Below, piece after piece: positions 28,702-38,418 of a stretch of 63,172 nucleotides of DNA. Under the pieces are notes generated by a model. The model ran no database searches. It saw nothing but the letters and a program-made list of their open reading frames with translations, and was not told where the DNA came from. Each line of letters opens with the position of its first letter. The first letter of the stretch is position 1. This DNA comes from Bryobacterales bacterium (lineage in GTDB: Bacteria; Acidobacteriota; Terriglobia; Bryobacterales; JACQDG01), in the NCBI GenBank assembly GCA_035652135.1, contig DASREK010000313.1, forward strand, positions 1 through 63,172. The letters run 5' to 3'. The position numbers were made by a program, and so were the translations under genes.

Positions 28702-29859
28702 TCACCGGCCCAGGATCGTAACTACGCAAGTGGCGCCCGATCCACCAAGATTTTGAGCCAAGCCGGTCTCCGCCCGCCGCACTTGCCGTTCGCCGGCCTC
28801 GCAGCGCATCTGCAACACCAGGTCGCAAAGCTGGCCGATGCCCGTAGCTCCGACCGGATGGCCCTTTGCCTTGAGACCGCCGCTGGTGTTGACCGGAAGC
28901 TCTCCGTCCGGAGCAGTAAAGCCGGAGGCTGAAGCGGGGCCGCCTTCGCCGCGAGGAACAAAGCCGAGATCCTCCAGCGCGATGATTTCGGCGATCGTAA
29001 AGCAGTCGTGCAATTCGGCCACGTGGATGTCTCGAGGGCGCAGTCCTGCCATCTGGAAGGCTTTCTCCCCCGCTCGTTGGACGGACCGAAAGGTGGTGAT
29101 ATCGTCTTTGTCGGCGAGGGCGAGGCGGTCGGAGGCCTGTGCGACGCCAAGGATGCGGATCGGCTTCGAGCTGAAATCCGGGGCACGCCCGGCGGGGCAA
29201 ATCAGCACGGCTGCCGCCCCATCGCTCACCAGCGAGCAGTCATAAATCGTAAGCGGATCGGCTATCATCCGGCCGTTTAGCGCCTGCTCTTTGGTGATGA
29301 GCTTGCGCATATGAGCGTCGGGATTCTTCGCCCCGTTGGCATGATTTTTCACGGCCACCGTTGCAAGCTGGTCGCGGGTGGTGCCGAACTGGTACATATG
29401 CCGGCGGGCAATCATGGCGAACATGGCGGGAAAAGTCGCGCCGGCTTTTACTTCTGCTTCCAGGTCTCCCGCGGAAGCCAGGATTTGAGTGACCCGCGTT
29501 CCAGGCACGGAGGTCATTTTTTCCACACCGGCAGCCAGGACAACGTCATACATCCCGCCGGCCACAGCCGCACACGCGTGAAAAAAAGCCGAGCCGCTCG
29601 ACGCGCAGGCATCCTCGATGCGCGTCGCCGGAATCCCGTCCATGCCGAGCGCTGAAGCCACATAAGGCGCCAGATGATTCTGTCCGACAAAAGACGGGCC
29701 AGCGAAGTTTCCCAGGTAAAACGCTTCTACCTGCGGCGGCGTTACATGCCCGTCTTTCAAACACTTGCTCCCCGCCTCGACGGCCAGGTCGAGCAGGGAA
29801 CGGTCCGGAAACGCGCCGAACGCCGTCTTGCCCACGCCGATGATGGAAACAGGCCTCAT
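28702..29859 (-). CDS. Thiolase-domain protein (acetyl-CoA acetyltransferase / SCP-x-type)
   Basis: VSIIGVGKTAFG, active-site IEDACASSGSA, and C-terminal NTSGGLKAKGHPVGATG. Confidence 0.85.
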   Translation of the reverse strand: MRPVSIIGVGKTAFGAFPDRSLLDLAVEAGSKCLKDGHVTPPQVEAFYLGNFAGPSFVGQNHLAPYVASALGMDGIPATRIEDACASSGSAFFHACAAVAGGMYDVVLAAGVEKMTSVPGTRVTQILASAGDLEAEVKAGATFPAMFAMIARRHMYQFGTTRDQLATVAVKNHANGAKNPDAHMRKLITKEQALNGRMIADPLTIYDCSLVSDGAAAVLICPAGRAPDFSSKPIRILGVAQASDRLALADKDDITTFRSVQRAGEKAFQMAGLRPRDIHVAELHDCFTIAEIIALEDLGFVPRGEGGPASASGFTAPDGELPVNTSGGLKAKGHPVGATGIGQLCDLVLQMRCEAGERQVRRAETGLAQNLGGSGATCVVTILGR

Positions 29860-29962
29860 GTATACTGAAATGATCGGAGAGGCGCTGATTTGCGGGTTCC
29901 GAACATTATTATTCCACGTTTTGGCGGCGCAGGCGTCAAGCTCAATGTAGGGCAGTCATGCG

Positions 29963-30556
29963 ATGAACACCGCAGGCGCCGCCGTTTCCGAGACCTACCC
30001 CGCGTTCCAGCGGCAGGGGAGCATGGAGACCGATAAGGTTCCCCGGCCGGCCGACGTCTTGCAGGCTGCGGAGCAGGATTTTATCGCGGTGCATCTGCGG
30101 CGGGTGTTTCTGCTGATTCACAGGATTGTCGGCAACGTCGCCGATGCGCAGGACCTCACGCAGGAAGCTTTTGTCAAAGCGCTGGCGCGGCGCGATCAGC
30201 TCAAAGACGAACAAAAGGCCGCCCAGTGGTTGGGCCGCATCGCTTTCAATACAGCCATCGATTTCATGAGACAGCGGAAGCGGGTCAGCTTCTGTGAGCT
30301 GGAGGCGGCTCCAGAGCCGCAGGTTTTCGAGACGCCGGAGCGGCTGGTGCTGCGGGCGGAGAAACAAGCGTACCTGGCCGACGGACTGCGGCTGCTTTCC
30401 GAGCGGGAAAGGGCCGCGCTCATATTGCGCGACGTGGAAGGGCTGCCGGCGGCGGAAGTGGCCCAACATATTGGCTGCTCGATGGCGACTGTGCGGAGCC
30501 ACATTGCCAATGCGCGAACGAAATTCCGCAAGTATATTAAAGGCCGCAGGGCCTGA
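29963..30556 (+). CDS. ECF-type RNA polymerase sigma-70 factor
   Basis: Region 2: DAQDLTQEAFVKA...WLGRIAFNTAIDFMR. Region 4: LSERERAALILRDVEGLPAAEVAQHIGCSMATVRSHIANAR. An alternative start is METDKV at 30023, which has a GGGGAG Shine-Dalgarno sequence. Confidence 0.85.
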   Translation: MNTAGAAVSETYPAFQRQGSMETDKVPRPADVLQAAEQDFIAVHLRRVFLLIHRIVGNVADAQDLTQEAFVKALARRDQLKDEQKAAQWLGRIAFNTAIDFMRQRKRVSFCELEAAPEPQVFETPERLVLRAEKQAYLADGLRLLSERERAALILRDVEGLPAAEVAQHIGCSMATVRSHIANARTKFRKYIKGRRA

Positions 30557-30643
30557 ACCCTGTCCGGCCGGCGTGCGCCGGCGCGCTCACGTTCGCGCAA
30601 GAAGCGCGCGGGCGGCTGCCGGAGAAAGACCGGGAAACAAGCC

Positions 30644-31210
30644 ATGAGCACTTTATTTTGGAAGCACCCGGGAGAGGCCGACCTGGCGCTGTTTGCCGGC
30701 GGTGAACTGGGTCTGCTGGCCCGGTGGCGCATCGAAGGGCATTTGCACGCGTGTGGAGAGTGCCGTCAAGCCGTGGGCGAGTTCTTCGAGCTTCGCAGCC
30801 GGGTGATGGACCTGGCAGAACTGCCGCAGATGGATTGGAATGGCCTGGCAGCTCAGATCCAGCGGCGTGTGGAGCAACAGCGTAGGATGTCATCGTCCTT
30901 CGCGCCGGCTCGCCGCGCCTGGCGTCCGGCATGGGCTCCCGCCCTTGCGGTTCTGTTGATGCTCGCTGCCGGCGCATATATCACCCGGCGCTACCGCGCG
31001 CCGGAGCCGCCGCTATCCGGAGCCGCCTCGCTGAACGCCTCGGCCGGGGCGGTCGAACTGCGCCTGGGAGACCGGCAGGTCTTGACGCTGACGAACGACG
31101 CCCAGGCGGAAAGCCAGGTGAACTGGCGCGTGAGCGCCGGCGCCGTGAGCGCCCGGTATCTGGATGCCGATACCGGAAATATCACAGTAAACAATGTCTA
31201 TACGCAATAG
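30644..31210 (+). CDS. Anti-sigma factor (zf-HC2-like, single TM)
   Basis: HLHACGECRQAV motif, a TM segment (WAPALAVLLMLAAGAYI), and a position directly after the ECF sigma gene. Confidence 0.7.
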   Translation: MSTLFWKHPGEADLALFAGGELGLLARWRIEGHLHACGECRQAVGEFFELRSRVMDLAELPQMDWNGLAAQIQRRVEQQRRMSSSFAPARRAWRPAWAPALAVLLMLAAGAYITRRYRAPEPPLSGAASLNASAGAVELRLGDRQVLTLTNDAQAESQVNWRVSAGAVSARYLDADTGNITVNNVYTQ

Positions 31211-32360
31211 CATCGTTTACGTTTCTTTCGCCTGTTGGTTTTTTGCCGCGGCGGCGCAAGCGCAGTTGGGGCAACGGACGGATCCGGCTTCGGTGATCCG
31301 CTGGAGCCTCGGCGGCGCGCCGGTTTCGATCGTCTCCGCCGATCTCGGCGACTCCCGCGTTCAGCCGCGGGGCGGCGCTATGATTTTGGACCTGCATGCC
31401 ACGCTGACTTTGCAGAACAACAGCTCGCAAAATATTCGAGGCATCACGCTGGCGGTTCTCGCACAGGAGATGACGCCGGGCGGCAAAGGATCGGTCGCCG
31501 TTCCCAGCTTGAATGTCCCGCCTGGCGCCAGCTTCCCCGTGCGCATCAACCTGCGCCTTCTGCGCCCGCTGCCAGCGCCCGCCGGGCCCTTGGTCGAAGT
31601 CAGCCTTGACGGCTTGCTGTTCGCCGATTTCTCCTTCTTTGGCCCGAATCGGCTGGAATCGCGGCGGACCATGACCGTTTGGGAAATGGAGGCGCGGCGC
31701 GATCGCGAGCATCTGAAAACGCTGCTTGAGAAACAGGGTCCGGCCGCCTTGCAAAGGGAAATGCTGGCGAGCCTGTCGCGGCAAGCGGCTCGGCCGCACC
31801 TGGATGTTCAGGTCGAGCGGGCCAGCGGCTCTCGGGCGATTTCAGCCGCCGTGAGCGCCCTGACCGGGCGAAACCTGAATTTCGCTTTTTTAAGAATTCC
31901 CGATTCACCGCTCGATCTGCTCTCGGGCGCGGCGCAGGTTAATGGGGCCGAAGCCGCTTCTCTCCGCGTGGATGTCGCCAACCGTTCCAACCGTGATGTG
32001 CGCTACTTTGAAGTGGGCTGGATTGTAAAAGATGCCGCCGGTGAGCAGTTTCTGGCCGGGTCGCTACCATCGTCGCCCGCGGGCCTCGACTTGCGGCCGG
32101 GCGGTTCGGCCGTTGCGTTGCAGGACCGCGCCTACCGGTTCAGCCGCGGCCCTGAGTCGCTCCCCGCTATCATCGGTCTGACCGGTTTTGTGAGCCAGGT
32201 CGAATTTTCGGATGGCGCCATTTGGATCCCCAGCCGCAAGGCTCTCACCGAGCAGTCGCTGCTGGGAGTGATCCCCGTTTCCGCCGAAGAGCAGCGCCTG
32301 AGCCAGCTTTACCGGACCAAAGGACTGCAAGCTTTGGTTGAGGAACTGCGGAAGTTTTAG
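31194..32360 (+). CDS. Secreted hypothetical protein co-transcribed with the sigma/anti-sigma pair
   Basis: Signal peptide MSIRNSIVYVSFACWFFAAAAQAQ. The gene overlaps the anti-sigma gene by 17 nt. I recognised no family. Confidence 0.55.
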   Translation: MSIRNSIVYVSFACWFFAAAAQAQLGQRTDPASVIRWSLGGAPVSIVSADLGDSRVQPRGGAMILDLHATLTLQNNSSQNIRGITLAVLAQEMTPGGKGSVAVPSLNVPPGASFPVRINLRLLRPLPAPAGPLVEVSLDGLLFADFSFFGPNRLESRRTMTVWEMEARRDREHLKTLLEKQGPAALQREMLASLSRQAARPHLDVQVERASGSRAISAAVSALTGRNLNFAFLRIPDSPLDLLSGAAQVNGAEAASLRVDVANRSNRDVRYFEVGWIVKDAAGEQFLAGSLPSSPAGLDLRPGGSAVALQDRAYRFSRGPESLPAIIGLTGFVSQVEFSDGAIWIPSRKALTEQSLLGVIPVSAEEQRLSQLYRTKGLQALVEELRKF

Positions 32361-32381
32361 GAGCGCCGCCCCGCCTGCACC

Positions 32382-34055
32382 TCAGCGAGCAGGCGCAACC
32401 CGCCCGGCTGTGGTCGCGGAGACCCCTTCGCCGAGAATTTCGTTCAGCAGCCGGCTGTCGGGCTCCACAGGGTACTGAATTCCCAGCATTTTGGCCAGCG
32501 TCGGAGCAATATCTTCGGGGCCGGCCGGGGCTGGGTAGCGCCCCGGCTTGATTCCCGCCCCCATCCAAACAATCGGCACGTGGCGATCGTACTCATATAC
32601 AGTCCCGTGGCCGGTCCCGCCGGGGTTTCCCGATATGTAATGGTATTGCTTGGCAACGACCATCAAATGCGGGCTGCGCGGCGCGAAGAAACTGTTGCGC
32701 AGCAGGGCCAGGGCAGGATCGGCGGAGGAAGGCTTGTCGGAAATCATATCGGCCCAGGTGTAAACAGCGGCGACGGCTCCGGTGGCCATCAGCGCGCGGA
32801 TCGCCGTTTGCTCCACCTCGCTGCGTTTCAAGCCGCTTCGCGCGATCGCATCGAGATTCAGATGAAAATTCGGGCCTTCCATACCGGCGATCAATTCCGG
32901 CGCGGCGGGGAATTGCTGCCGAAACGCTGTACGCACTGCGTTCAGGAGAAGCGACGTAGGCACGCGCTTCGCCTCGCTGTTGCCTTGCTTTTGCAGCCAC
33001 TCGACCAGCGGCAGCGCCCCGTGATCCGCGGTAAGTATGACCAACGTGTTGTTTAGGCCGACGCGCGCGTCGACCGCGTGGAAGAGCTTGTCGAGCACGA
33101 GGTCAAGGCGCAAATAGTTGTCCATCGCTTCCTGGCTGAAGGGGCCGTAGGCATGGCCGATGTAATCGCTCGCCGAGAAGCCGATGACAAAAACGTCCGG
33201 AGCGGCATCGGTGCCCAGATTGTGGGCTGCGAGCGCTTCGAGTGCCGCTTGCAGCAGCACTTCATCCGCATAGGGGGTGCGCCGCAGGCTTTCATAGTAG
33301 GCCGGCTCCGGCGGCTTGCCTCGATAGCCGTGCGGGAAGGTCGTATCTTTGAGATCCCATTCCCCGGGAAAATTGTCCTCTCGAGAATACTGGAGATAGG
33401 GGCTTTCGTCTGAGAGCAAGCGGGTCCATGGCGTTTGGTAGTAGGAATCGGGAAGCTTCTGTTCGTTGAATTTTGTCAGCCACGCAGGGGTCTGCCGAGT
33501 GTAGTACGTGCTGGTGATGAAACAGCCGCAGTCGTTTTCAAACCAATACGCCGCATCGGCGCGAGGGCCGCTGGGCAATATCGCCGAACGGTCTTTGAAG
33601 GAAATGCCGACGACATGGGAAGCGGGCCATTTCTGCTTGATTTTGTCTCCCACCGTAAAACCGACGAAATTGGCGGGCGAAGCGCCATGGCCGCGGCCGC
33701 CGACGGCGTCCACGGTCGAATCATCCACCACATTCATCATTGTTTTCAGGTAAGGATCGTACCATCCGTTCGCGACTATGCCGGAGTGAGAGGGATGGCG
33801 CCCGGAGAGAATCACCGAATGGCCGGGGCCTGTCTCGGAGTTGGCATGACGATATAGCGCATTAGTGAAAATGGCCCCGCGGCTCAAGAGCGTCTTAAAA
33901 CCGCCTTTGTAAAGAGGCTCAAAGCGGGTCAGATAATCAAACCGCATTTGATCCACCGAGACGACGAGAATCAGCTTGGGTGGGGGGGGTTGGGCAGTGA
34001 CAATCGCAGAGATTGCCAGAAATATCGTCAGCAACCGAGCTTTAGGGCGCATCAC
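32382..34055 (-). CDS. Alkaline phosphatase superfamily (type I phosphodiesterase/nucleotide pyrophosphatase-like) secreted enzyme
   Basis: Signal peptide. Motifs VVSVDQMRFDY, ETGPGHSVILSGRHPSHSGIV and ILTADHGALP. Confidence 0.8.
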   Translation of the reverse strand: MMRPKARLLTIFLAISAIVTAQPPPPKLILVVSVDQMRFDYLTRFEPLYKGGFKTLLSRGAIFTNALYRHANSETGPGHSVILSGRHPSHSGIVANGWYDPYLKTMMNVVDDSTVDAVGGRGHGASPANFVGFTVGDKIKQKWPASHVVGISFKDRSAILPSGPRADAAYWFENDCGCFITSTYYTRQTPAWLTKFNEQKLPDSYYQTPWTRLLSDESPYLQYSREDNFPGEWDLKDTTFPHGYRGKPPEPAYYESLRRTPYADEVLLQAALEALAAHNLGTDAAPDVFVIGFSASDYIGHAYGPFSQEAMDNYLRLDLVLDKLFHAVDARVGLNNTLVILTADHGALPLVEWLQKQGNSEAKRVPTSLLLNAVRTAFRQQFPAAPELIAGMEGPNFHLNLDAIARSGLKRSEVEQTAIRALMATGAVAAVYTWADMISDKPSSADPALALLRNSFFAPRSPHLMVVAKQYHYISGNPGGTGHGTVYEYDRHVPIVWMGAGIKPGRYPAPAGPEDIAPTLAKMLGIQYPVEPDSRLLNEILGEGVSATTAGRVAPAR

Positions 34056-34285
34056 GACAGCTCCTGGAGTGGAAACTACTACAGTCTACACCGGTTCTTT
34101 GACGCGAGAACGATTGACTCCACCGGGCAGGGCATTGGGACAGGCTCAACGCCGGGCAGGACGGCGGCGGACTGCGGCGGCTGCCACAGACCTTCGGGAC
34201 TTCTCCGGGCCGCCGGGCTGCTCTCCGGGCGGCCGCGCTTGACCGCGCCGCCGCAAAACTGCGAAATTGAGTGCGAGGTTTTCCC

Positions 34286-36028
34286 ATGGCGAAATTCCTC
34301 TTGGGACTGATCACTGGCATTTTCCTTTGCGTATTTCTTGCCGTGCTGGTCGTGGTGGCCGCTGCCTCGTTTTCCGGCCGCGCGCCGTCGGTCAGCCAGG
34401 GATCTACTTTAGTGCTCAACCTGGGCGGGGAGATTGTCGAGCACAATCCAGCCAATGTGCCGTCTCTGCTGTTCCAGCGAGGCATGAAGCCGACCGTGAA
34501 AGACATCCACGACATCCTGCAAAAAGCCGCCGTGGACCGCCGGGTGAATGCGGTGGTGCTGAAGGCTCGAGGCATCGGCGCCGGCTGGGGAAAAATCCAA
34601 GAGATTCGCGCGGATCTGGAGCAGTTCAGGAATTCCCAAAAGCCGTTGATCGCGTTCCTGGAAACGCCGGGCGCTCGGGAATACTATCTTGCTACGGCCT
34701 GCGACAAGATCTATGTCGCGCCGCAGGGTCTCCTCGACGTGAAGGGCTTTCGGGCGGAATCTGTTTTCTTTAAAGACACGTTAAGCAAGCTCGGCGTCCA
34801 AGCGGACTGGGTGCATGTCGGAAAATACAAGAACTTCGCCGAGCCTTTCACGCAGGACAAAATGTCCGACGCGACGCGCGAGGTGATCAACTCGATTCTC
34901 GATACGGTCCTGAACGATTTTGTCGCTACGGTCGCAAAGGGCAGGCACATGACCCCCGAACAGGTGCGGGCTGCCCTGGACCAGGGCCCTTTCCTGCCCG
35001 AAGAGGCAGTGAAGGCCGGGCTGGCCGACGGCCTGCGCTATGAGGATCAGGTCTTCGACGAAGTAAAGAACCTGACCAAGGTCAGCGCCATCAAGAAACT
35101 TCGAGCGGAAAGTTACAGCCGGGTCAGCCTGGAGTCGCTCGGCCTGAGCGGCGGCAGCCGCATCGCTGTAGTCTATGCCGTCGGCGATATTCTTCAGGGT
35201 GAGCCGGAGGTCAGCCCGTTTGGAGGCGGCGAAGCGATCGGCTCCGACACGATGGCCCGCGTCCTGCGCGACGTGGGGGAAGACAAAAACATCAAGGGCG
35301 TCATTGTACGCATCGACTCGCCCGGCGGTGACGCGTTCGCCAGCGATGAAATCTGGCGCTCTATGAATCTGCTGCATTCGAAAAAACCGATGGTAATCTC
35401 CATGTCAGACGTGGCTGCCTCGGGCGGCTACTACATGGCGATGTCCGGAGACCCGATCATCGCCTATCCCGGGACCTACACAGGCTCGATCGGCGTGGTG
35501 TTCGGCAAATTCAACCTGCACGGGCTGTACGACAAGCTCGGAGTGCGGAAGGAGATCCTGAGCCGCGGCAAATTCGCCGATATCGATACCGATTACCGCG
35601 ATTTCACTCCGGAAGAGATGCAAAAAGTCATGAGCGGCATGAACTCGGTTTACGCCGACTTCGTCCAAAAGGTGGCCGAGGCGCGTAAGCGGAAGGTGAG
35701 CGACATCGAGCCGATCGCCGAGGGCCGCGTTTGGCTCGGCAGCCAAGCCAAGCAGAACGGCCTCATCGACGAGTTGGGCGGGTTCGACCGGGCGATCACC
35801 CTGATCAAAGAGCGCGCCAAGCTCCGGCCGGATGATAAGGTGACGCTGGTCAGCTATCCGCCGGAAAAGAAGCTCCTGGACGTGCTTCTGTCACGGTTGA
35901 ACGGCGCAGGCGACGAAGATACGCTCACCGAGACCATCCGCCGAAAGCTTGGGTGGGCGGCTCCCTGGCGGGCTCTGCTCAAGGGGGGCATGCTGAAGGT
36001 CGCGCCGTATATCGTCAGCGTACAGTGA
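34286..36028 (+). CDS. sppA: Signal peptide peptidase SppA, 67K type (two S49 domains)
   Basis: TM anchor MAKFLLGLITGIFLCVFLAVLVVV. Motifs IDSPGGDAFASDEI and SDVAASGGYYMA. Start moved to ATG 34286. Confidence 0.85.
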   Translation: MAKFLLGLITGIFLCVFLAVLVVVAAASFSGRAPSVSQGSTLVLNLGGEIVEHNPANVPSLLFQRGMKPTVKDIHDILQKAAVDRRVNAVVLKARGIGAGWGKIQEIRADLEQFRNSQKPLIAFLETPGAREYYLATACDKIYVAPQGLLDVKGFRAESVFFKDTLSKLGVQADWVHVGKYKNFAEPFTQDKMSDATREVINSILDTVLNDFVATVAKGRHMTPEQVRAALDQGPFLPEEAVKAGLADGLRYEDQVFDEVKNLTKVSAIKKLRAESYSRVSLESLGLSGGSRIAVVYAVGDILQGEPEVSPFGGGEAIGSDTMARVLRDVGEDKNIKGVIVRIDSPGGDAFASDEIWRSMNLLHSKKPMVISMSDVAASGGYYMAMSGDPIIAYPGTYTGSIGVVFGKFNLHGLYDKLGVRKEILSRGKFADIDTDYRDFTPEEMQKVMSGMNSVYADFVQKVAEARKRKVSDIEPIAEGRVWLGSQAKQNGLIDELGGFDRAITLIKERAKLRPDDKVTLVSYPPEKKLLDVLLSRLNGAGDEDTLTETIRRKLGWAAPWRALLKGGMLKVAPYIVSVQ

Positions 36029-38379
36029 GCACCTGGAAAAAGCCGATCGCTCTTTGGCTGCTGAGTCTGGGAGCAGCAGCGGCCTTCGCCGCCGAAGTTG
36101 ATTTGCGCCGCGCCGTTGTCGTCGCGCCGCCGCAGCTTTCCCCACGAGAAAGCAGAGCCGTCGCCATGCTGGTGGAGGAAGTCGAAAAGCGGACCCGCAT
36201 CCGCTGGCCCGTGGCTGCGTCGCGGCCTTCCGGCTCAGTTCCCGTAATCTGGATCGAGCGCCCATCGGGAGCAGGCCCGGCAGAGGGCTATCGGATTCGA
36301 GTGGATGACTCCGCCGCGGCTCCGGCGGTGTTCATCAGCGGCAACGATGCGCGCGGCCTTCTGTTCGCCGTCGGGTATCTGCTGCGGAGCATGCACATGA
36401 GCGCGGAGAAGGTCACGGTCGCCGCCGCGCTGCACGTCTCGGCTGCGCCGAAGTATCCTTTGCGCGGCCACCAGCTCGGCTACCGGCCAAAAACGAACTC
36501 CTACGATGGCTGGTCGCTGCCTATGTGGGAGCAATATATCCGGGACCTGGCGGTCTTCGGCGCCAATGCCATCGAGCTGATTCCCCCTCGCTCCGACGAC
36601 GACGCCTGGAGTCCCCATTTCCCGCTGCCGCCGATGGAGACGATGGTCGGCATGTCGCGCTTGGCCGACGAATACGGCCTGGACGTCTGGATCTGGTATC
36701 CGGCCATGGACAAGGACTACGCGGATCCCAAGACCGTTGCGTTCGCTCTGTATGAATGGGGTGAGGTTTTCCGGAAATTGCCCCGCATTGATGCGGTTTT
36801 CGTTCCGGGCGGCGATCCGGGACACACGGAGCCGAAATATCTGATGGCGCTGCTGGAAAAGCAGACGCAGAATTTGCATCGCTATCACCCCAAGGCCCAG
36901 ATGTGGGTGTCGCCGCAGAGCTTCAGTCAGGCCTGGCTCGATGAGTTTCTGGGCATCCTGAGAACGCAACAGCCGCCGTGGCTGGCCGGCGTCGTCTTCG
37001 GGCCGCAAATTCGAATGAGCCTGGCGCAATTGCGAGCCGCTGTTCCCGCGCGATATCCGATCCGGCATTACCCGGACATAACGCACAGCCGGCAATCGCA
37101 ATATCCGGTTCAGGATTGGGATATGGCGTATGCGGCAACCGAGGGACGCGAGGTTATCAATCCGCGGCCGCTCGACGAAGCCCGCATCTTCCGCCTGCTC
37201 CAGCGGTATACGATCGGCTTCATCACTTACTCGGAGGGCTGCAACGATGACGTGAATAAAGCTGTCTGGAGCGCTCTCGGGTGGAATCCGGAGGCCGATG
37301 TAACCGATATTCTCCGGCAGTATAGCCGCTATTTCCTCGGAGATCGTTATGCCGATGACTTTGCACAAGGCCTGCTGGCGCTCGAAAGAAACTGGCAGGG
37401 GCCGTTGCTCGCCAACCAAAACGTTGAGACGACGCTCCGGCAATTCCAGTCCATGGAGCGCGCCGCATCTCCACAGGATCTGCTGAACTGGCGTTTTCAG
37501 CAGGCGCTCTACCGCGCTTACTACGACGCTTACATTCGGGCCCGGCTGGTGGCGGAAACCGGCGACGAGCAAGCGGCCATTGCCCGGCTGGCGGAGGCGC
37601 CGCGGACCGGTTCGCTTTCCGCCATGGCGGAAGCGGAAGCCATTCTGGACCGCGCCGCCGAGCGGAGGCCGTTTTTCGCGCTTCGCGACCGCGTTTTCAT
37701 GCTGGCCGAAGCGCTGTTTCAAAGTATTCGCATGCAATTAAGCGTGCCCCTGTATAAAGCGATTGCCGTCGGGCGCGGCGCCAATCTCGATACCATCGAT
37801 ATGCCGCTGAACGACCGGCTTTGGCTGAAGGCGCGCTTCGCTGAGCTCAGAAGAATGCCCGAGGAATCAGACCGGCTGAACGGCATCGATGCGATCGTCA
37901 ACTGGACCAATCCCGGTCCCGGGGGATTCTATGACGATTTGGGCGATCTGGCGCGGCAACCTCACCTGGTCCGCGGACCGGTTTTCGAACAAGATCCCGC
38001 CTTTCTTCAATCTTCTCTCGTCTCGTTCTCCTACCGCCCGGAGTACCGGAAATCGTGGTGGACTTATGCAGAATCTCTGAACGATACTCCCCTCGAGATG
38101 CGCTACAGAGACCTTGACCCCGCGGCGCACTACAAGGTCCGGGTGGTCTATGCTGGGGATAGTCCGAATACGCGGATTCGGCTGGTCGCGAACGGCAATG
38201 TGGAAGTGCATCCGCTTTTACAGAAACCTTCGCCGGTGCGGCCAATCGAATTCGATATCCCCGCCGAGGCGACCGCCTCCGGCGAGCTCGTTTTGCAATG
38301 GCGCCGCGAACCGGCGCTGGGCGGCAACGGCCGCGGCTGCCAGGTGGCCGAGGTGTGGCTGATCAAGAAGAGCCAATAA
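36025..38379 (+). CDS. Secreted hypothetical protein, glycoside-hydrolase-like (GH20b/GH67N-like N-domain plus TIM-barrel-like core)
   Basis: Its GTG start overlaps the sppA stop (GTGA). Signal peptide STWKKPIALWLLSLGAAAAFA. EGYRIRVDD...ISGNDARGLLFAVGYLL followed by LRGHQLGYRP..WEQYIRDLAVFGANAIELIP. The function is a guess. Confidence 0.5.
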   Translation: MSTWKKPIALWLLSLGAAAAFAAEVDLRRAVVVAPPQLSPRESRAVAMLVEEVEKRTRIRWPVAASRPSGSVPVIWIERPSGAGPAEGYRIRVDDSAAAPAVFISGNDARGLLFAVGYLLRSMHMSAEKVTVAAALHVSAAPKYPLRGHQLGYRPKTNSYDGWSLPMWEQYIRDLAVFGANAIELIPPRSDDDAWSPHFPLPPMETMVGMSRLADEYGLDVWIWYPAMDKDYADPKTVAFALYEWGEVFRKLPRIDAVFVPGGDPGHTEPKYLMALLEKQTQNLHRYHPKAQMWVSPQSFSQAWLDEFLGILRTQQPPWLAGVVFGPQIRMSLAQLRAAVPARYPIRHYPDITHSRQSQYPVQDWDMAYAATEGREVINPRPLDEARIFRLLQRYTIGFITYSEGCNDDVNKAVWSALGWNPEADVTDILRQYSRYFLGDRYADDFAQGLLALERNWQGPLLANQNVETTLRQFQSMERAASPQDLLNWRFQQALYRAYYDAYIRARLVAETGDEQAAIARLAEAPRTGSLSAMAEAEAILDRAAERRPFFALRDRVFMLAEALFQSIRMQLSVPLYKAIAVGRGANLDTIDMPLNDRLWLKARFAELRRMPEESDRLNGIDAIVNWTNPGPGGFYDDLGDLARQPHLVRGPVFEQDPAFLQSSLVSFSYRPEYRKSWWTYAESLNDTPLEMRYRDLDPAAHYKVRVVYAGDSPNTRIRLVANGNVEVHPLLQKPSPVRPIEFDIPAEATASGELVLQWRREPALGGNGRGCQVAEVWLIKKSQ

Positions 38380-38418
38380 CAAATCGTCCGGCAGGCGCGC
38401 GGCAGGCCGGTTTGTCAT

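Noticed and set aside
29897-29920. GAAC-N12-CGTT upstream of the ECF sigma gene, considered as an autoregulated ECF promoter.
   Set aside because: The spacer is about 4-5 nt shorter than usual for ECF -35/-10 pairs, so the match is probably fortuitous.
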